From the NCBI GenBank assembly GCA_964605525.1, contig CAZSCV010000003.1:4227-68226 (forward strand): a stretch of 64,000 nucleotides of DNA. Direction: 5' to 3'. Below, one piece after another: positions 18,943 to 29,078 of this stretch; position 1 is the stretch's first letter; every line of letters begins with the position of its first letter. This DNA comes from an uncultured Bdellovibrionales bacterium. GTDB taxonomy: Bacteria > Patescibacteriota > Minisyncoccia > Moranbacterales > UBA9337. The notes under the pieces were generated by a model. The model had not been told where the DNA came from and ran no database searches. It saw only the letters and a program-made list of their open reading frames with translations. The position numbers were made by a program, and so were the translations under genes.

Positions 18943-19227
18943 ATGTATTACGTGTATATTCTATATAGTGAAAAACTTAAAAAGAGATATATTGGATATT
19001 GCAGTGATTTAGGGAGGCGAATAAAAGATCACAATGAAAGAAGGGTAGTTTTTACATCAAGAGGTGTTCCGTGGAAAATAATTTATTATGAGGTTTTTGG
19101 AAGTAAGAGTGATGCACAAAGGGAAGAAAAATTTCTAAAAACAGGAAAAGGCAGGGATAGAATTAAATTTTTATTGGAGGATACGATGAAGAAAATAAAT
19201 GGAAGAATTCTAGGATCATCTGAATAA
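18943..19227 (+). CDS. GIY-YIG nuclease family protein (short, stand-alone)
   Basis: N-terminal YVYILYS...YIGYCSDLGRRIKDHN is the GIY-YIG motif. It is a paralog of the 56123-56413 ORF. Confidence 0.8.
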   Translation: MYYVYILYSEKLKKRYIGYCSDLGRRIKDHNERRVVFTSRGVPWKIIYYEVFGSKSDAQREEKFLKTGKGRDRIKFLLEDTMKKINGRILGSSE

Positions 19228-19312
19228 AAATAGTAAGGCATCCGAAGTCCGCTTTGGGTGGAAAAGTTTCCTGTGCATAGAAAATTAAAATTGTAAAATT
19301 ATTTTATATTTT

Positions 19313-19400
19313 GGAGAGTTCGCATAGCGGTCTAGTGCGCACGCTTGGAAAGCGTGTGTGTCGAAAGGCACCGAGGGTTCAAATCCCTCACTCTCCGCCA
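19313..19400 (+). tRNA. tRNA-Ser(GGA), class II with a long variable arm, CCA encoded
   Basis: Acceptor GGAGAGT/ACTCTCC, anticodon stem CACGC/GCGTG with loop TTGGAAA, variable arm GTGTGTCGAAAGGCACC, T-arm GAGGG-TTCAAAT-CCCTC. Confidence 0.85.
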
Positions 19401-19608
19401 ATTAAATAAAAGAAGCGAGTTATGTGAAAATCGTACAATTGAAGTTTGTGGCTATATACTACGGATGTATAAGCACAGAGGCGCTATTGCTGGAAAGGGA
19501 ACAAAAAACCAGAAAGAAAGTGATAAATAAAAATTTTTTAAGGTTCTCAATAAACTAAAGAAATTGAAAGGATAATTTTTTGGATAATTTTTATAAACAA
19601 AATCCAAT

Positions 19609-20289
19609 ATGAAAGAAGGTTATTTTTTGAAACCAATAGAAAAAAATGAGAAAAAAAAAGAGATTTGGAATGATGCTATTATTCAGATTGATAAAATTAC
19701 TGATAGGCTCGGCAAGCCGATAGATGCAGGGATAAAGGATGCAGTTGTTGCTTTTATTGTAAGCGGATTTCCTGTTAATGGATCATGTGAGGGTCATTTA
19801 GAAGAACGTTTTGGTGAAAAAGTAAAACTTAGACCGTACGTTATGATTGGTTTTGATGAGCCCGAACAAAGATTTGTTAATGAATTAGAAATAAAAAAAC
19901 ATATTGCTAAAAAGTATAATATTAAGAAGGTAGGCGCTTTGGAGGAAAATGATATTGCTCAACAGGAGTACTGGCGTTTTCTTTCAGAAAAAGACATTCC
20001 AGAAACTCCTGAATATTCAGAACATGTAAAAAAGAATGAAAGTTTACAGGAAGAACTGAGAAAAATTTTAGAAGTATTTTATCGAAACAGAGAAATTTCA
20101 AGAGATAGGAGGCTTATTATTGAAGAAATTGGTCCAGCTGGTGATTTTAAATTGACCACTTTAATGGAAAATCCCAAAGAAATACAAGAAAATGAAGTGG
20201 AAAAATATAAAAAACAATCAAGAGAAGAACAGAATGAGATGAAAGATTTTACTCTGTTTTTAAAAGAAAGATTTTTCAATAAAGAATAA
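19609..20289 (+). CDS. hypothetical protein
   Basis: ORF only; acidic/basic-rich. Confidence 0.4.
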   Translation: MKEGYFLKPIEKNEKKKEIWNDAIIQIDKITDRLGKPIDAGIKDAVVAFIVSGFPVNGSCEGHLEERFGEKVKLRPYVMIGFDEPEQRFVNELEIKKHIAKKYNIKKVGALEENDIAQQEYWRFLSEKDIPETPEYSEHVKKNESLQEELRKILEVFYRNREISRDRRLIIEEIGPAGDFKLTTLMENPKEIQENEVEKYKKQSREEQNEMKDFTLFLKERFFNKE

Positions 20290-20297
20290 AAATTATT

Positions 20298-21314
20298 ATG
20301 GAAAAAGGACCAAATTTTAAAATTATTGGCAATGCTTCGGAAAGGGAAAAAGAAAAAATGACGAATGAAGTCAGTAATTCTCTTTTTAGGCATCTAGAAT
20401 CAATGCCGGAAGATAAACGCAAGAGATTGGAAAGAGAAGAATATCAGAAGTCTGAGAAAGAAATTGCAGTTACTGGTTTTGCAAATAGAAAAACTAATCA
20501 ACTTATGCAAGAAGTCGGAGTTATGCCTTACGATATTCCCTTGGAAAATTATCATATTGTTCCATCCGAGCTTTATGCTAACGAATTCGGTGGCGGAGTT
20601 GGAATTTCGTATGCAATGCCACAAGCAGCTGCTTTTAACGCCAAATATTGCAGAAATAATATTGTAGGGTTCGGTTTAAGTGTTTTACATGAAACACTTC
20701 ATCTTAAAGGTCGTTTAGTGATTCGAGCATATGAGGAAGAAGATGGGAAAACGGGAAAGAAACTCTATCGTTCGGGCGTAAGTGTTTTGTCGCCTGAATT
20801 CGAAAAAGATCACGAGCATTTTTTGGGATTGCATGAAGGGATTGTTTCAGAGATAGAAAAAAAATCAGCGAAAGATTTGTTTGGTTTGCCGGAACTTGAA
20901 AAAGAAAAAAAATGGATCGAATCTGACAAAGCAAAAGAACTGAAGAAAAAAATTTCCAATGAGGAAGGGATTTCTGAAGATGATATTATGTGGGTCGATA
21001 TGGAGGGCGGTAACAGTTGGGATATTTATTATACTGAACAAAGAAAAGTGATTGATTATTTGTGCAGTGAGATGTGCAAGCAATTTCCGGAAAAATTTCA
21101 TAACAAAGATGGTGCTTTCAAAATTTTTCTGAAAACACATTTTACGGGCAAGCTTATCGAGATTGCAAAGATTATTGAAGAAACATTCGGGGAGGGAAGT
21201 TTTCGTTTACTTGGCAATATGGATAAAAGCAAAGAAAGTGGAATTTTGCATTTGGAAGCCTTAAAAAAGGCGAGGTTGAGGAAATTGAAAGCAGGCAGTC
21301 CTAATTTATTTTAG
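20298..21314 (+). CDS. hypothetical protein (contains a HETLH motif)
   Basis: ORF directly upstream of dnaG. LSVLHETLHLKG could be a metalloprotease-like HExxH, but this is weak. Confidence 0.4.
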   Translation: MEKGPNFKIIGNASEREKEKMTNEVSNSLFRHLESMPEDKRKRLEREEYQKSEKEIAVTGFANRKTNQLMQEVGVMPYDIPLENYHIVPSELYANEFGGGVGISYAMPQAAAFNAKYCRNNIVGFGLSVLHETLHLKGRLVIRAYEEEDGKTGKKLYRSGVSVLSPEFEKDHEHFLGLHEGIVSEIEKKSAKDLFGLPELEKEKKWIESDKAKELKKKISNEEGISEDDIMWVDMEGGNSWDIYYTEQRKVIDYLCSEMCKQFPEKFHNKDGAFKIFLKTHFTGKLIEIAKIIEETFGEGSFRLLGNMDKSKESGILHLEALKKARLRKLKAGSPNLF

Positions 21315-21320
21315 AAAGTT

Positions 21321-23123
21321 ATGAATTCAAATACTGAAGAAATAAAGGCGCGGATTAATATTGTTGATTTTATTGGAGGATATGTCCGCCTGCAAAAAGC
21401 AGGAAGCAGTTGGAAAGCTTGTTGCCCTTTTCATGGTGAAAAAACTCCTTCATTCGTAGTAAACGATGAAAAGCAATTTTGGCATTGTTTCGGATGTGGA
21501 AAAGGAGGGGATATTTTTACTTTTCTAATGGAAATGGAAGGTTTGGAATTTCGCGAAGCCCTCAAAATTTTGGCGGAAAGAGCCGGTGTTGAAATTTCTC
21601 AATATAACGCGCAAGCAGAGAAGACGAAAAATCGGGGAATGGAAATATTGGAACTCTCGGCCAAATTTTATCAAAAACAGCTTTGGGACGGCTTGGGGAA
21701 AGAAAAAATCCTGAATTATTTGTTCGAAAGGGGACTGCAAGAGAAAACAGTTAATGCTTTTCAATTGGGTTACGCGCCCAACGGATGGAGCAATTTAGCA
21801 GATTTTTTATTAGAGCGGGGATTTTCAATGGAAGAAATTTCACGGACAGGAGTAGTAGTAGAGAAGCAAAACAATGGAACTGTCCGTAAGTATTATGATC
21901 GTTTTCGAGATAGGATCGTGTTTCCTATTACTGATTCAATGGGGAGGATTGTGGGCTTTACGGCGCGTGTCGCTCCAGGAGGAGATGAATCGCAGGCCAA
22001 ATACGTAAATACGCCCGAAACTGATTTTTATCATAAAGGACGGATTCTTTACGGGATTGATAAGGCGAAAAATGCCATAAAAAAAGCAGATCAGGTTATC
22101 TTAGTAGAAGGAAATATGGATGTAATCGCGTCTTTCCAGGCTGGAATAGAAAATGTTATCGCAGTTTCCGGAACAGCGCTTACTCAACAGCAAATAGAAA
22201 TAATCAAGCGGTATACCAAGAATTTATGTTTGTTTTTTGACGCTGATTCGGCCGGAAGGCAAGCGGTTTTCAGGAGTTGCGAGATGGCTTTTGCAAATGA
22301 TTTGAATGTTTCTATTATTATTCCCAAAGAAGGAAAGGATGCGGCGGATGTTGTAAAAAAGAGTCCGGAAGAATTGAAAAAACTGGTGAAGGAGGCTGTT
22401 GGAGCTATGGACTATTTTTTGCAAAATCTTTTTTCCCGGTACGATGTGAATAATATAGCAGAGAAGAAAAAAATCGTTGATGAGGCTGTTTCTCTTATTT
22501 CCAATTTTCCAAAAGAAATCGACAAACAGCATTGGGGGAAAATATTGGCTCAGCGGCTAAATATTGATGAAAAAATAATTTATGATGAAATTTCCAGAAA
22601 AACGAGAGGAAAGAGTCAATATCTAAAAAAAGAAGAAGTGGAGATGAATGAAAAAAAACTTCCCTTTCAGGCGAAAAAGAGAAGTGAAATAATCAGCGAG
22701 AAGATTTTATTTTTGTTTTTAAAAAATGATGAAGTTTGGAGAAAGGCCGAAGAAGAATATCACAATGAAATAGAAATATACTTAGGAGAAAATAATTTTC
22801 TTTCTGATGTTTTGATAATTGGAAAAGAAAATGATTTTAAATTTGACAGGTTTGAATTATCCATAAAAAACGAGGAAATGAGGGAATTTTTGCGGAAATT
22901 AAAATTTTCAGGGGAAGCGGAAACTGAAAGTGAAGAAAAAAGCGGAGAGCAAACATTTGAAAGTGATTGGAAATATTTTCAACAACTCATGGAAGAATTG
23001 AGCAGGGAAAAGAAAAAAGAAAAAATTGATCTTCTAGCGAAGAAAATTGCTGCGGCAGAAAAAAATGGCAGTAAGGAAGAAGTAAAAAGATTAACCCGGG
23101 AATTTTCAGATTTGTTTCGATAA
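21321..23123 (+). CDS. dnaG: DNA primase
   Basis: Zinc ribbon CCPFHGEKTPSF...CFGCG and a TOPRIM domain (VILVEGNMDV). Confidence 0.9.
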   Translation: MNSNTEEIKARINIVDFIGGYVRLQKAGSSWKACCPFHGEKTPSFVVNDEKQFWHCFGCGKGGDIFTFLMEMEGLEFREALKILAERAGVEISQYNAQAEKTKNRGMEILELSAKFYQKQLWDGLGKEKILNYLFERGLQEKTVNAFQLGYAPNGWSNLADFLLERGFSMEEISRTGVVVEKQNNGTVRKYYDRFRDRIVFPITDSMGRIVGFTARVAPGGDESQAKYVNTPETDFYHKGRILYGIDKAKNAIKKADQVILVEGNMDVIASFQAGIENVIAVSGTALTQQQIEIIKRYTKNLCLFFDADSAGRQAVFRSCEMAFANDLNVSIIIPKEGKDAADVVKKSPEELKKLVKEAVGAMDYFLQNLFSRYDVNNIAEKKKIVDEAVSLISNFPKEIDKQHWGKILAQRLNIDEKIIYDEISRKTRGKSQYLKKEEVEMNEKKLPFQAKKRSEIISEKILFLFLKNDEVWRKAEEEYHNEIEIYLGENNFLSDVLIIGKENDFKFDRFELSIKNEEMREFLRKLKFSGEAETESEEKSGEQTFESDWKYFQQLMEELSREKKKEKIDLLAKKIAAAEKNGSKEEVKRLTREFSDLFR

Positions 23124-23211
23124 ATGAATTGAAACATTGTTTTTGCCGGAGAAGTAGTATAAAATTAGCAGTATGATAATTTTTAGCTTTTAAGTATATT
23201 TTAAATAAGCC

Positions 23212-24573
23212 ATGAATAAGCCAACGAAGAAAAAAAACAGTGTAAAAAAGAAGAGCGGGAAGGTAATTGTGCAAAAAAAGAAAAAAACAGCAAAAGGAAA
23301 GCCTGCTGTTAAAAGCGCCAAGAAAAAGAGCGTTAAAAAATCTGCTCAAAAAAAGCAAAGCGGAAAAAAGAGTGCAAAAAATACCTCCAAGAGTAATTTT
23401 TCCCGGAAATCATCCGCGGAAAAAAAAGGATCTTCTTCGGTAAAAAAAACCTCCAAACATAGTTCGTCAAAAGAAAAGAACGCGGATCTTTTGGAAGAGC
23501 TTGTATCCAGGGGCAAGCAAAGAGGGTTCATAACAGAGGATGAAATAATTCATATTATTCCAGAAATAGAAAAGGATTTGGATGATTTGGAGAATTTATA
23601 TGAAAAACTGGAAACTAATGGAATCCGTGTGGTTGGTTCAAATGAAATGATTAAGATGGAGGTGGATGCGACAGCGGAAAATTTCGAAAAGGAAAAAGCC
23701 AGAAAAGAAAAGAACAGACAGGCGATAGAAGAAGGAGAAGCGAATTCATCTGATTCTGTGCAAATGTATCTGAAAGAAATTGGAAGAGTTCCTTTGCTCA
23801 AATCCGAGGATGAAATTCGATTGGCGAAATTGAATGAAAAAGGGGATTTGGCTGCAAAAAAACAGCTTACTGAGGCGAATTTGCGCTTGGTTGTAAGTAT
23901 TGCAAAAAAATATGTCGGACGTTCCCATAATCTCGGGCTTTTGGATTTAATTCAAGAGGGAAATATCGGACTTTTTCGCGCGGTGGAAAAATTCGATTAT
24001 CGCAAGGGATATAAATTTTCTACCTATGCAACTTGGTGGATCAGGCAAGCCATTACTCGCGCATTAGCTGACCAATCAAGGACGATTCGTATTCCTGTGC
24101 ATATGGTGGAAACTATCAATAAATATATTCAAATAACTCGTCGTCTTGTTCAGGAGTTGGGACGCGAACCTTTGGCAGAAGAGATTGCTGCGGAAATGGA
24201 AATGGAAGTGGATAAAATCAGACATATTCAAAAAATTTCCCAAGAAACCGTTTCCCTTGAAACATCGGTCGGAGATAGTGATGATGAAAGTGTGCTGGGA
24301 GATTTTATTGAGGATACTGAAACTATTATGCCCCATCAGGCAGCATCAAGAAAATTACTCACAAGCCATGTAATTGAAGTGCTTAGCGAACTTACGCCCA
24401 GGGAGCAGAAAATTCTTAAGATCCGTTTTGGACTGGAAGATGGAGTGACTCATACATTGGAAGAAGTGGGGCAGGAATTTGGAGTAACCCGGGAACGCAT
24501 CCGCCAAATTGAAGCCAAAGCTTTGGAAAAAATTCGAGATCATAAAGGAATAAGCAAATTGAAAGATTACTAG
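23212..24573 (+). CDS. rpoD: RNA polymerase sigma-70 factor RpoD with a lysine-rich N-terminal extension
   Basis: Region 2 ([13 protein letters not shown]), region 3 and region 4 ([23 protein letters not shown]). The first roughly 100 aa are K/S-rich. Confidence 0.9.
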   Translation: MNKPTKKKNSVKKKSGKVIVQKKKKTAKGKPAVKSAKKKSVKKSAQKKQSGKKSAKNTSKSNFSRKSSAEKKGSSSVKKTSKHSSSKEKNADLLEELVSRGKQRGFITEDEIIHIIPEIEKDLDDLENLYEKLETNGIRVVGSNEMIKMEVDATAENFEKEKARKEKNRQAIEEGEANSSDSVQMYLKEIGRVPLLKSEDEIRLAKLNEKGDLAAKKQLTEANLRLVVSIAKKYVGRSHNLGLLDLIQEGNIGLFRAVEKFDYRKGYKFSTYATWWIRQAITRALADQSRTIRIPVHMVETINKYIQITRRLVQELGREPLAEEIAAEMEMEVDKIRHIQKISQETVSLETSVGDSDDESVLGDFIEDTETIMPHQAASRKLLTSHVIEVLSELTPREQKILKIRFGLEDGVTHTLEEVGQEFGVTRERIRQIEAKALEKIRDHKGISKLKDY

Positions 24574-24587
24574 AAAACAGTACAAAA

Positions 24588-24628
24588 AAACAGCCTTTTA
24601 AATTAATACGAAGGCTGTTTTTTTTATT
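24588..24628. terminator. bidirectional intrinsic terminator between rpoD and the HMA-like gene
   Basis: AACAGCCTT-13 nt loop-AAGGCTGTT followed by T8. Confidence 0.7.
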
Positions 24629-24634
24629 TCTAAG

Positions 24635-24898
24635 TTATTTCTTTTCGGATGTTTTTCCAATCATGCAAGAAACATAGGATTGCGCTTTTTTAAGCAAGCT
24701 TTTTGCTTGCCGGCTTTCGGCAGCCGGATAACCTATCTTTTCCAACTTATTTTTTGCTTCATTTAAATTTCCTTCAAAGGAAACCTCTTGATTGGCAATG
24801 TCAACATTTACATTGGAAATTCCGGAACTTTCCAGGGATTTTTTTATTTGCGCCGCGCATCCTGAGCATTTTATATTTACAACTTTTATTGTCTGCAT
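24635..24898 (-). CDS. heavy-metal-associated (HMA/CopZ-like) domain protein
   Basis: IKCSGCAAQIKK resembles the MxCxxC metal-binding loop; about 70-aa ferredoxin-like fold. Confidence 0.5.
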   Translation of the reverse strand: MQTIKVVNIKCSGCAAQIKKSLESSGISNVNVDIANQEVSFEGNLNEAKNKLEKIGYPAAESRQAKSLLKKAQSYVSCMIGKTSEKK

Positions 24899-24943
24899 AT
24901 TTTTAAAATTTATTTATTTATCACACATTTTAACATTAATACC

Positions 24944-25645
24944 TTAATTCCAATAATTTATTTTAATGTCGTCCTCATCGATTGTTACGAATGCGGCGGG
25001 AATGTCCGTCCAGCATCCGCAGTTATAATACTTAATATCCCCATCCTCTCTTTGCATCGCTTTGTGAGTGTGTCCGCAAAAGATATAATCGGCGCGGATA
25101 AGTTTCGCGTATAGCAGCGCCCGCGTGGCGACTTTTTCCGAAAGGCGGAGCCAGCCTTTGCTTTTTTCTTTAATATACCGGCTTACTCTGCGGTCTTGGA
25201 AATCTATTATTTGAATAAAATTGTATATTTGATTTGCCACGATGCTGATAACGGCATTGTCCACTAAGAAATTATCAAATTGATGTCCGTGAATAGCGAA
25301 ATATTTTTTACCTTTATGTTTCCAATGATAGGTTTTATGAACCTTTACTCCTGTAAGTACGGTAAATATTTGTGTTAGTCCGCTATCGTGGTTTCCCTCA
25401 ATCCATACTACTTTTTTGCTTTCTGAAATTTTACTAATCAAGGAAAGGAATTCCCAGTCTTGTTTCCTTAAATGGTTAAAATTGAGATTTTCAAAAATAT
25501 CCCCTAATAAAATGAGTCTTTCAAACTCAATGCTTTTTAGTAATTGAGCAGCTTCTTGGCTACGGCTTACTTTTGATCCCAGGTGAAAATCAGAAACCAG
25601 TAATGTGTGGGTTTTTTTCTTTGGAATTTCTTCTTCCGTGTTCAT
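24944..25645 (-). CDS. calcineurin-like metallophosphoesterase
   Basis: DFHLG, LGDIFE, GNHD and GHTH metallophosphatase motifs. Confidence 0.7.
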   Translation of the reverse strand: MNTEEEIPKKKTHTLLVSDFHLGSKVSRSQEAAQLLKSIEFERLILLGDIFENLNFNHLRKQDWEFLSLISKISESKKVVWIEGNHDSGLTQIFTVLTGVKVHKTYHWKHKGKKYFAIHGHQFDNFLVDNAVISIVANQIYNFIQIIDFQDRRVSRYIKEKSKGWLRLSEKVATRALLYAKLIRADYIFCGHTHKAMQREDGDIKYYNCGCWTDIPAAFVTIDEDDIKINYWN

Positions 25646-25703
25646 ATTTTTTTTATTTAGACTTGCTTATTATTCAAATTATACCATTAAACTGAACTTT
25701 CTT

Positions 25704-27065
25704 TTATTGAAACATTAAATTGTATTTTTCTTTTACTTTTTCAAATTCCGGCATTTTATCTGCACTTAGCGGGTCGCCCTTAGGAAGATTCATTGCGAGC
25801 GGATTAATTGGCGTGCCGTTTAATTTTATTCCATAATCAAGATGCGGACCGGTTGACCAGCCGGTAGAGCCGACATAGCCGATTACTTGCCCTTGGGAAA
25901 CTTGCATTCCGGATTTTATCCCTTTGCCAAAAGAGCTGAGATGTCCGTAATGAGTGGTATATCCATTGGAATGGCGAAGGCGGACGATATTTCCCCAACC
26001 GCCTTCCCAGCCAGCGCTTACAATATCCCCGCGGGCGGTAGCTACGACAGGAGTTCCGGTGGGGGCCGCATAATCGATTTGATAGTGGGCACTGACGGTT
26101 TTTGTAATTGGATTGAGGCGGGCTCCGGTATACCCGGATGTTATTTGACGATAACTGAGCGGAGCGCGCAAAAATTGGCGAACTAGAAAATGTCCTTCGC
26201 TGTCATAATGTCCATCCTCATCTCCATTATCGAAATAATAGCCATAATAATCATTCCCGGTATTGGTGAATTTGGCAGCTAAAACTTTTCCATCCGGAGC
26301 TTGTTTTCCATCTCTGGTTCTTTTTTCATAAATAACCGTGAAGCTGTCTCCTTGTCGTATTTCAGTTGTGAAGTCTATATCAAAAGAAAAAATATCCGCA
26401 ATTTCCAAAATTGTAGCTTCGGAAATTCCAGCATTCATCGCATCGATATAAAGAAAGTTATCAATATTAACGCTGATGTTTTCAGTGGAAACTTCATAGG
26501 GAATGGATTCTTTTTTTACGGAAAATTTTTCTCCTTCCCGGTAAATAACGATCATCGTTTCTGTGTCGTGGTCGTATTCCATTCGTACAGCTTTTTCATC
26601 TGCGTCAAAATAAAAGCGGATATCGCGTCCGATTTTCAAATTGGAAAAGTCATAGGTGTCCATTGCTACTGAAAGAATTTTTTCGGTGTCATTGGCATTA
26701 AATTTTCCATGTTCAGAAAATACTTCAGCCGGAATGTCTCCTTCCGAGATGATGTGGCTGTCGACGCGCTGAGATTTTTTTTCCGGCTGGGTATTTTCCT
26801 TGAGAGCAAGTTCCGGCTCTTTTTCAAGGACAATTTCTTTTGAGGATGAAAATTTGTTAAAAATAAAATAAAAAACAAGCGCAATGATTATCAAATAAAT
26901 GATTTTCAATTTGCGTTTTTTCTTTTCTTCCGGTTCTGTTGATTGGTATATGTTTCTGTTGGTGTATATATCCATCAAATAATCAAAATCATAAGGACTT
27001 AATAAGTAAATACGCAGGAAATTGCTTCTATCGTTCATTTTCCCATTTTTTCCCAAAAGTGGCAA
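25704..27065 (-). CDS. M23 family peptidase, membrane-anchored
   Basis: N-terminal TM helix and a C-terminal LytM domain (HYQIDYAAPTGTPV...GNIVRLRHSNGYTTHYGHL). Confidence 0.8.
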   Translation of the reverse strand: MPLLGKNGKMNDRSNFLRIYLLSPYDFDYLMDIYTNRNIYQSTEPEEKKKRKLKIIYLIIIALVFYFIFNKFSSSKEIVLEKEPELALKENTQPEKKSQRVDSHIISEGDIPAEVFSEHGKFNANDTEKILSVAMDTYDFSNLKIGRDIRFYFDADEKAVRMEYDHDTETMIVIYREGEKFSVKKESIPYEVSTENISVNIDNFLYIDAMNAGISEATILEIADIFSFDIDFTTEIRQGDSFTVIYEKRTRDGKQAPDGKVLAAKFTNTGNDYYGYYFDNGDEDGHYDSEGHFLVRQFLRAPLSYRQITSGYTGARLNPITKTVSAHYQIDYAAPTGTPVVATARGDIVSAGWEGGWGNIVRLRHSNGYTTHYGHLSSFGKGIKSGMQVSQGQVIGYVGSTGWSTGPHLDYGIKLNGTPINPLAMNLPKGDPLSADKMPEFEKVKEKYNLMFQ

Positions 27066-27200
27066 TGCTTGCAGAGGTGAATTCGGGAAAGAGAACGCGA
27101 CCTTGACAAAAGAAACAAGGAGTGATATACTTAATTTTTATGTGGATACTTCTTGCGGTATTTCAGCATAAAACATTTAATTTTTTTATGTTGAAATATT

Positions 27201-28406
27201 ATGTACAACAGAACAAACACGCGTCAGCCGCGCGCTAATAACGGCTGGAAAAAAAGGTCTTCTCGGGGCAATTCCCAGTCTGGAAGAAGAAGATTTGCTG
27301 GTAACAAAATTGACATCAGCCGTTTTATTAATAAAGCGGAAAAAGTAGGGACGGAAGAAGTTTTCAAGCCCCGATATTCTTTCACAGAATTGGAAATTTC
27401 CGATGTTTTGAAGCGATCCATTATCGGTCGCGGATATAAAACACCAACTCCTATTCAAGATAAGGCAATACCGGTTGTTTTGTCCGGAAGGGATGTAATT
27501 GGTTTGGCTAATACCGGAACTGGAAAAACGGCTGCTTTTTTAATTCCAATGATTGACAAAATACTGAAAAATCCGGAAGAAAAAGTTCTCATTGTTGTTC
27601 CAACAAGAGAACTGGCGATTCAAATAAAAGAAGAATTTTCTTTATTTGCAAAAGGGATGAATATTCATTCCGTTGTTGTTGTCGGAGGCGCCAGTATTCA
27701 AAGACAAATTATGGAACTGCGATCAAGGCATAATGTGGTAATTGGAACACCGGGAAGATTGAAAGATTTGATTGACCGAAAGGTGCTTAATTTATCTCGA
27801 GTCGGGAATGTAGTTCTTGATGAAGCTGACCGAATGTTGGATATGGGATTTATTAATGACGTGAAATTGCTTTTGTCGCTGGTGGCAAAGAAAAGGCAGA
27901 TAATGCTCTTTTCTGCGACATTTTCAGCGGAAATTGAGAAATTGGTAAAACAATTTTTGGTAAATCCGGAACGTATTTCTATTGTAACCAGAGAAACATC
28001 CAAACAGATTGATCAAAATATCGTCCGCGTTGCAGGAGGAGAAGACAAGGTTGAAGTTTTGTGTGAAATGCTTGTTCAAACTCACTTTGAAAAAGTGCTG
28101 GTATTTACCCGTACAAAGCATGGAGCGGATAAACTTTGCAGTAAGTTGTATCAAAAAGGATTAAAATCTGAAGCGATTCATGGAAACAAACCGCAAAATA
28201 GGCGTCAGCGAGCACTTAAGATGTTTAAAGATAGTATGATCAATATTCTCGTAGCGACTGATGTTGCTGCCAGAGGATTGGACATTCCGAATGTGAGCCA
28301 CGTGATTAATTTTGATGTTCCGGCGACATATGAAGATTATGTGCACCGAATCGGCCGTACAGGAAGAGCCGATCAGAAAGGAATAGCCCTTACTTTTGTT
28401 GATTGA
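27201..28406 (+). CDS. DEAD-box ATP-dependent RNA helicase
   Basis: Q motif, GTGKT, VLDEADRMLDMGF (DEAD), SAT and HRIGRTGR. Confidence 0.9.
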   Translation: MYNRTNTRQPRANNGWKKRSSRGNSQSGRRRFAGNKIDISRFINKAEKVGTEEVFKPRYSFTELEISDVLKRSIIGRGYKTPTPIQDKAIPVVLSGRDVIGLANTGTGKTAAFLIPMIDKILKNPEEKVLIVVPTRELAIQIKEEFSLFAKGMNIHSVVVVGGASIQRQIMELRSRHNVVIGTPGRLKDLIDRKVLNLSRVGNVVLDEADRMLDMGFINDVKLLLSLVAKKRQIMLFSATFSAEIEKLVKQFLVNPERISIVTRETSKQIDQNIVRVAGGEDKVEVLCEMLVQTHFEKVLVFTRTKHGADKLCSKLYQKGLKSEAIHGNKPQNRRQRALKMFKDSMINILVATDVAARGLDIPNVSHVINFDVPATYEDYVHRIGRTGRADQKGIALTFVD

Positions 28407-28413
28407 AAAACAT

Positions 28414-28440
28414 AAAACGCGCCTGAGGGCGCGTTTTATG
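28414..28440 (+). terminator. intrinsic terminator after the helicase gene
   Basis: AAAACGCGCC-TGAG-GGCGCGTTTT. Confidence 0.75.
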
Positions 28441-28534
28441 TTTGCGGGAAAATAAGAATAAAATAGCATTAAACAGCTAGACTTGTTTTGAAGTTTTGTA
28501 TATAATTAAGGAAAAGAAATAAAAGGGAAGTGAT

Positions 28535-28996
28535 ATGGAAGGAAAACCTATCATAATTTTATTTAAAGAAAACGAGCTTAATATCAGCAAGCTCTATGCT
28601 TTTTACGCGCTTAATATTCCGCAAAAAAAAGATTTTTGGGAAAGACTATCAGAAGAAGAAGTGGCGCATGCCGCTTCTATCAGTGGAAATTATGAAAGCG
28701 GAGATAAAGAGGGAGGAATTATCGAAAATAAGTTTTCCCGCGGAGTAATCAGGTATGTTATGGATTTTGTGATTGAACAAATAGAAAAGGCAAAGAATGA
28801 AAAAATATCGCATCAAGACGCGCTGCTTACGGCATTGCGCATCGAACGGTCGATGCTGGAGAAAAAATGCTTCGATATATTTGCGCCGGCATCCGAAACA
28901 CTAAAGAATGTTTTGCGAAAGTTGAATGATGAAACTGAGCAACATGTGGAGATTCTGATAAAAGAATTGAAAAAGAATAAAGTAATTTTCAAGTAA
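28535..28996 (+). CDS. hypothetical protein
   Basis: ORF only. Confidence 0.4.
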   Translation: MEGKPIIILFKENELNISKLYAFYALNIPQKKDFWERLSEEEVAHAASISGNYESGDKEGGIIENKFSRGVIRYVMDFVIEQIEKAKNEKISHQDALLTALRIERSMLEKKCFDIFAPASETLKNVLRKLNDETEQHVEILIKELKKNKVIFK

Positions 28997-29078
28997 GCAG
29001 AATCTTTTTTAGTTGAAATTATTCAAATACTTTTGGCGCATATTTGATTGTGGTATGCGCGTATATTTTAATAGAGTT

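Noticed and set aside
19345-19530. 61-aa plus-strand ORF overlapping tRNA-Ser
   Set aside because: It lies over the tRNA T-arm and acceptor and has no independent support; it is a spurious ORF.
27224-28154. Short antisense ORFs within the DEAD-box helicase gene
   Set aside because: They are antisense to a conserved gene and lack motifs.
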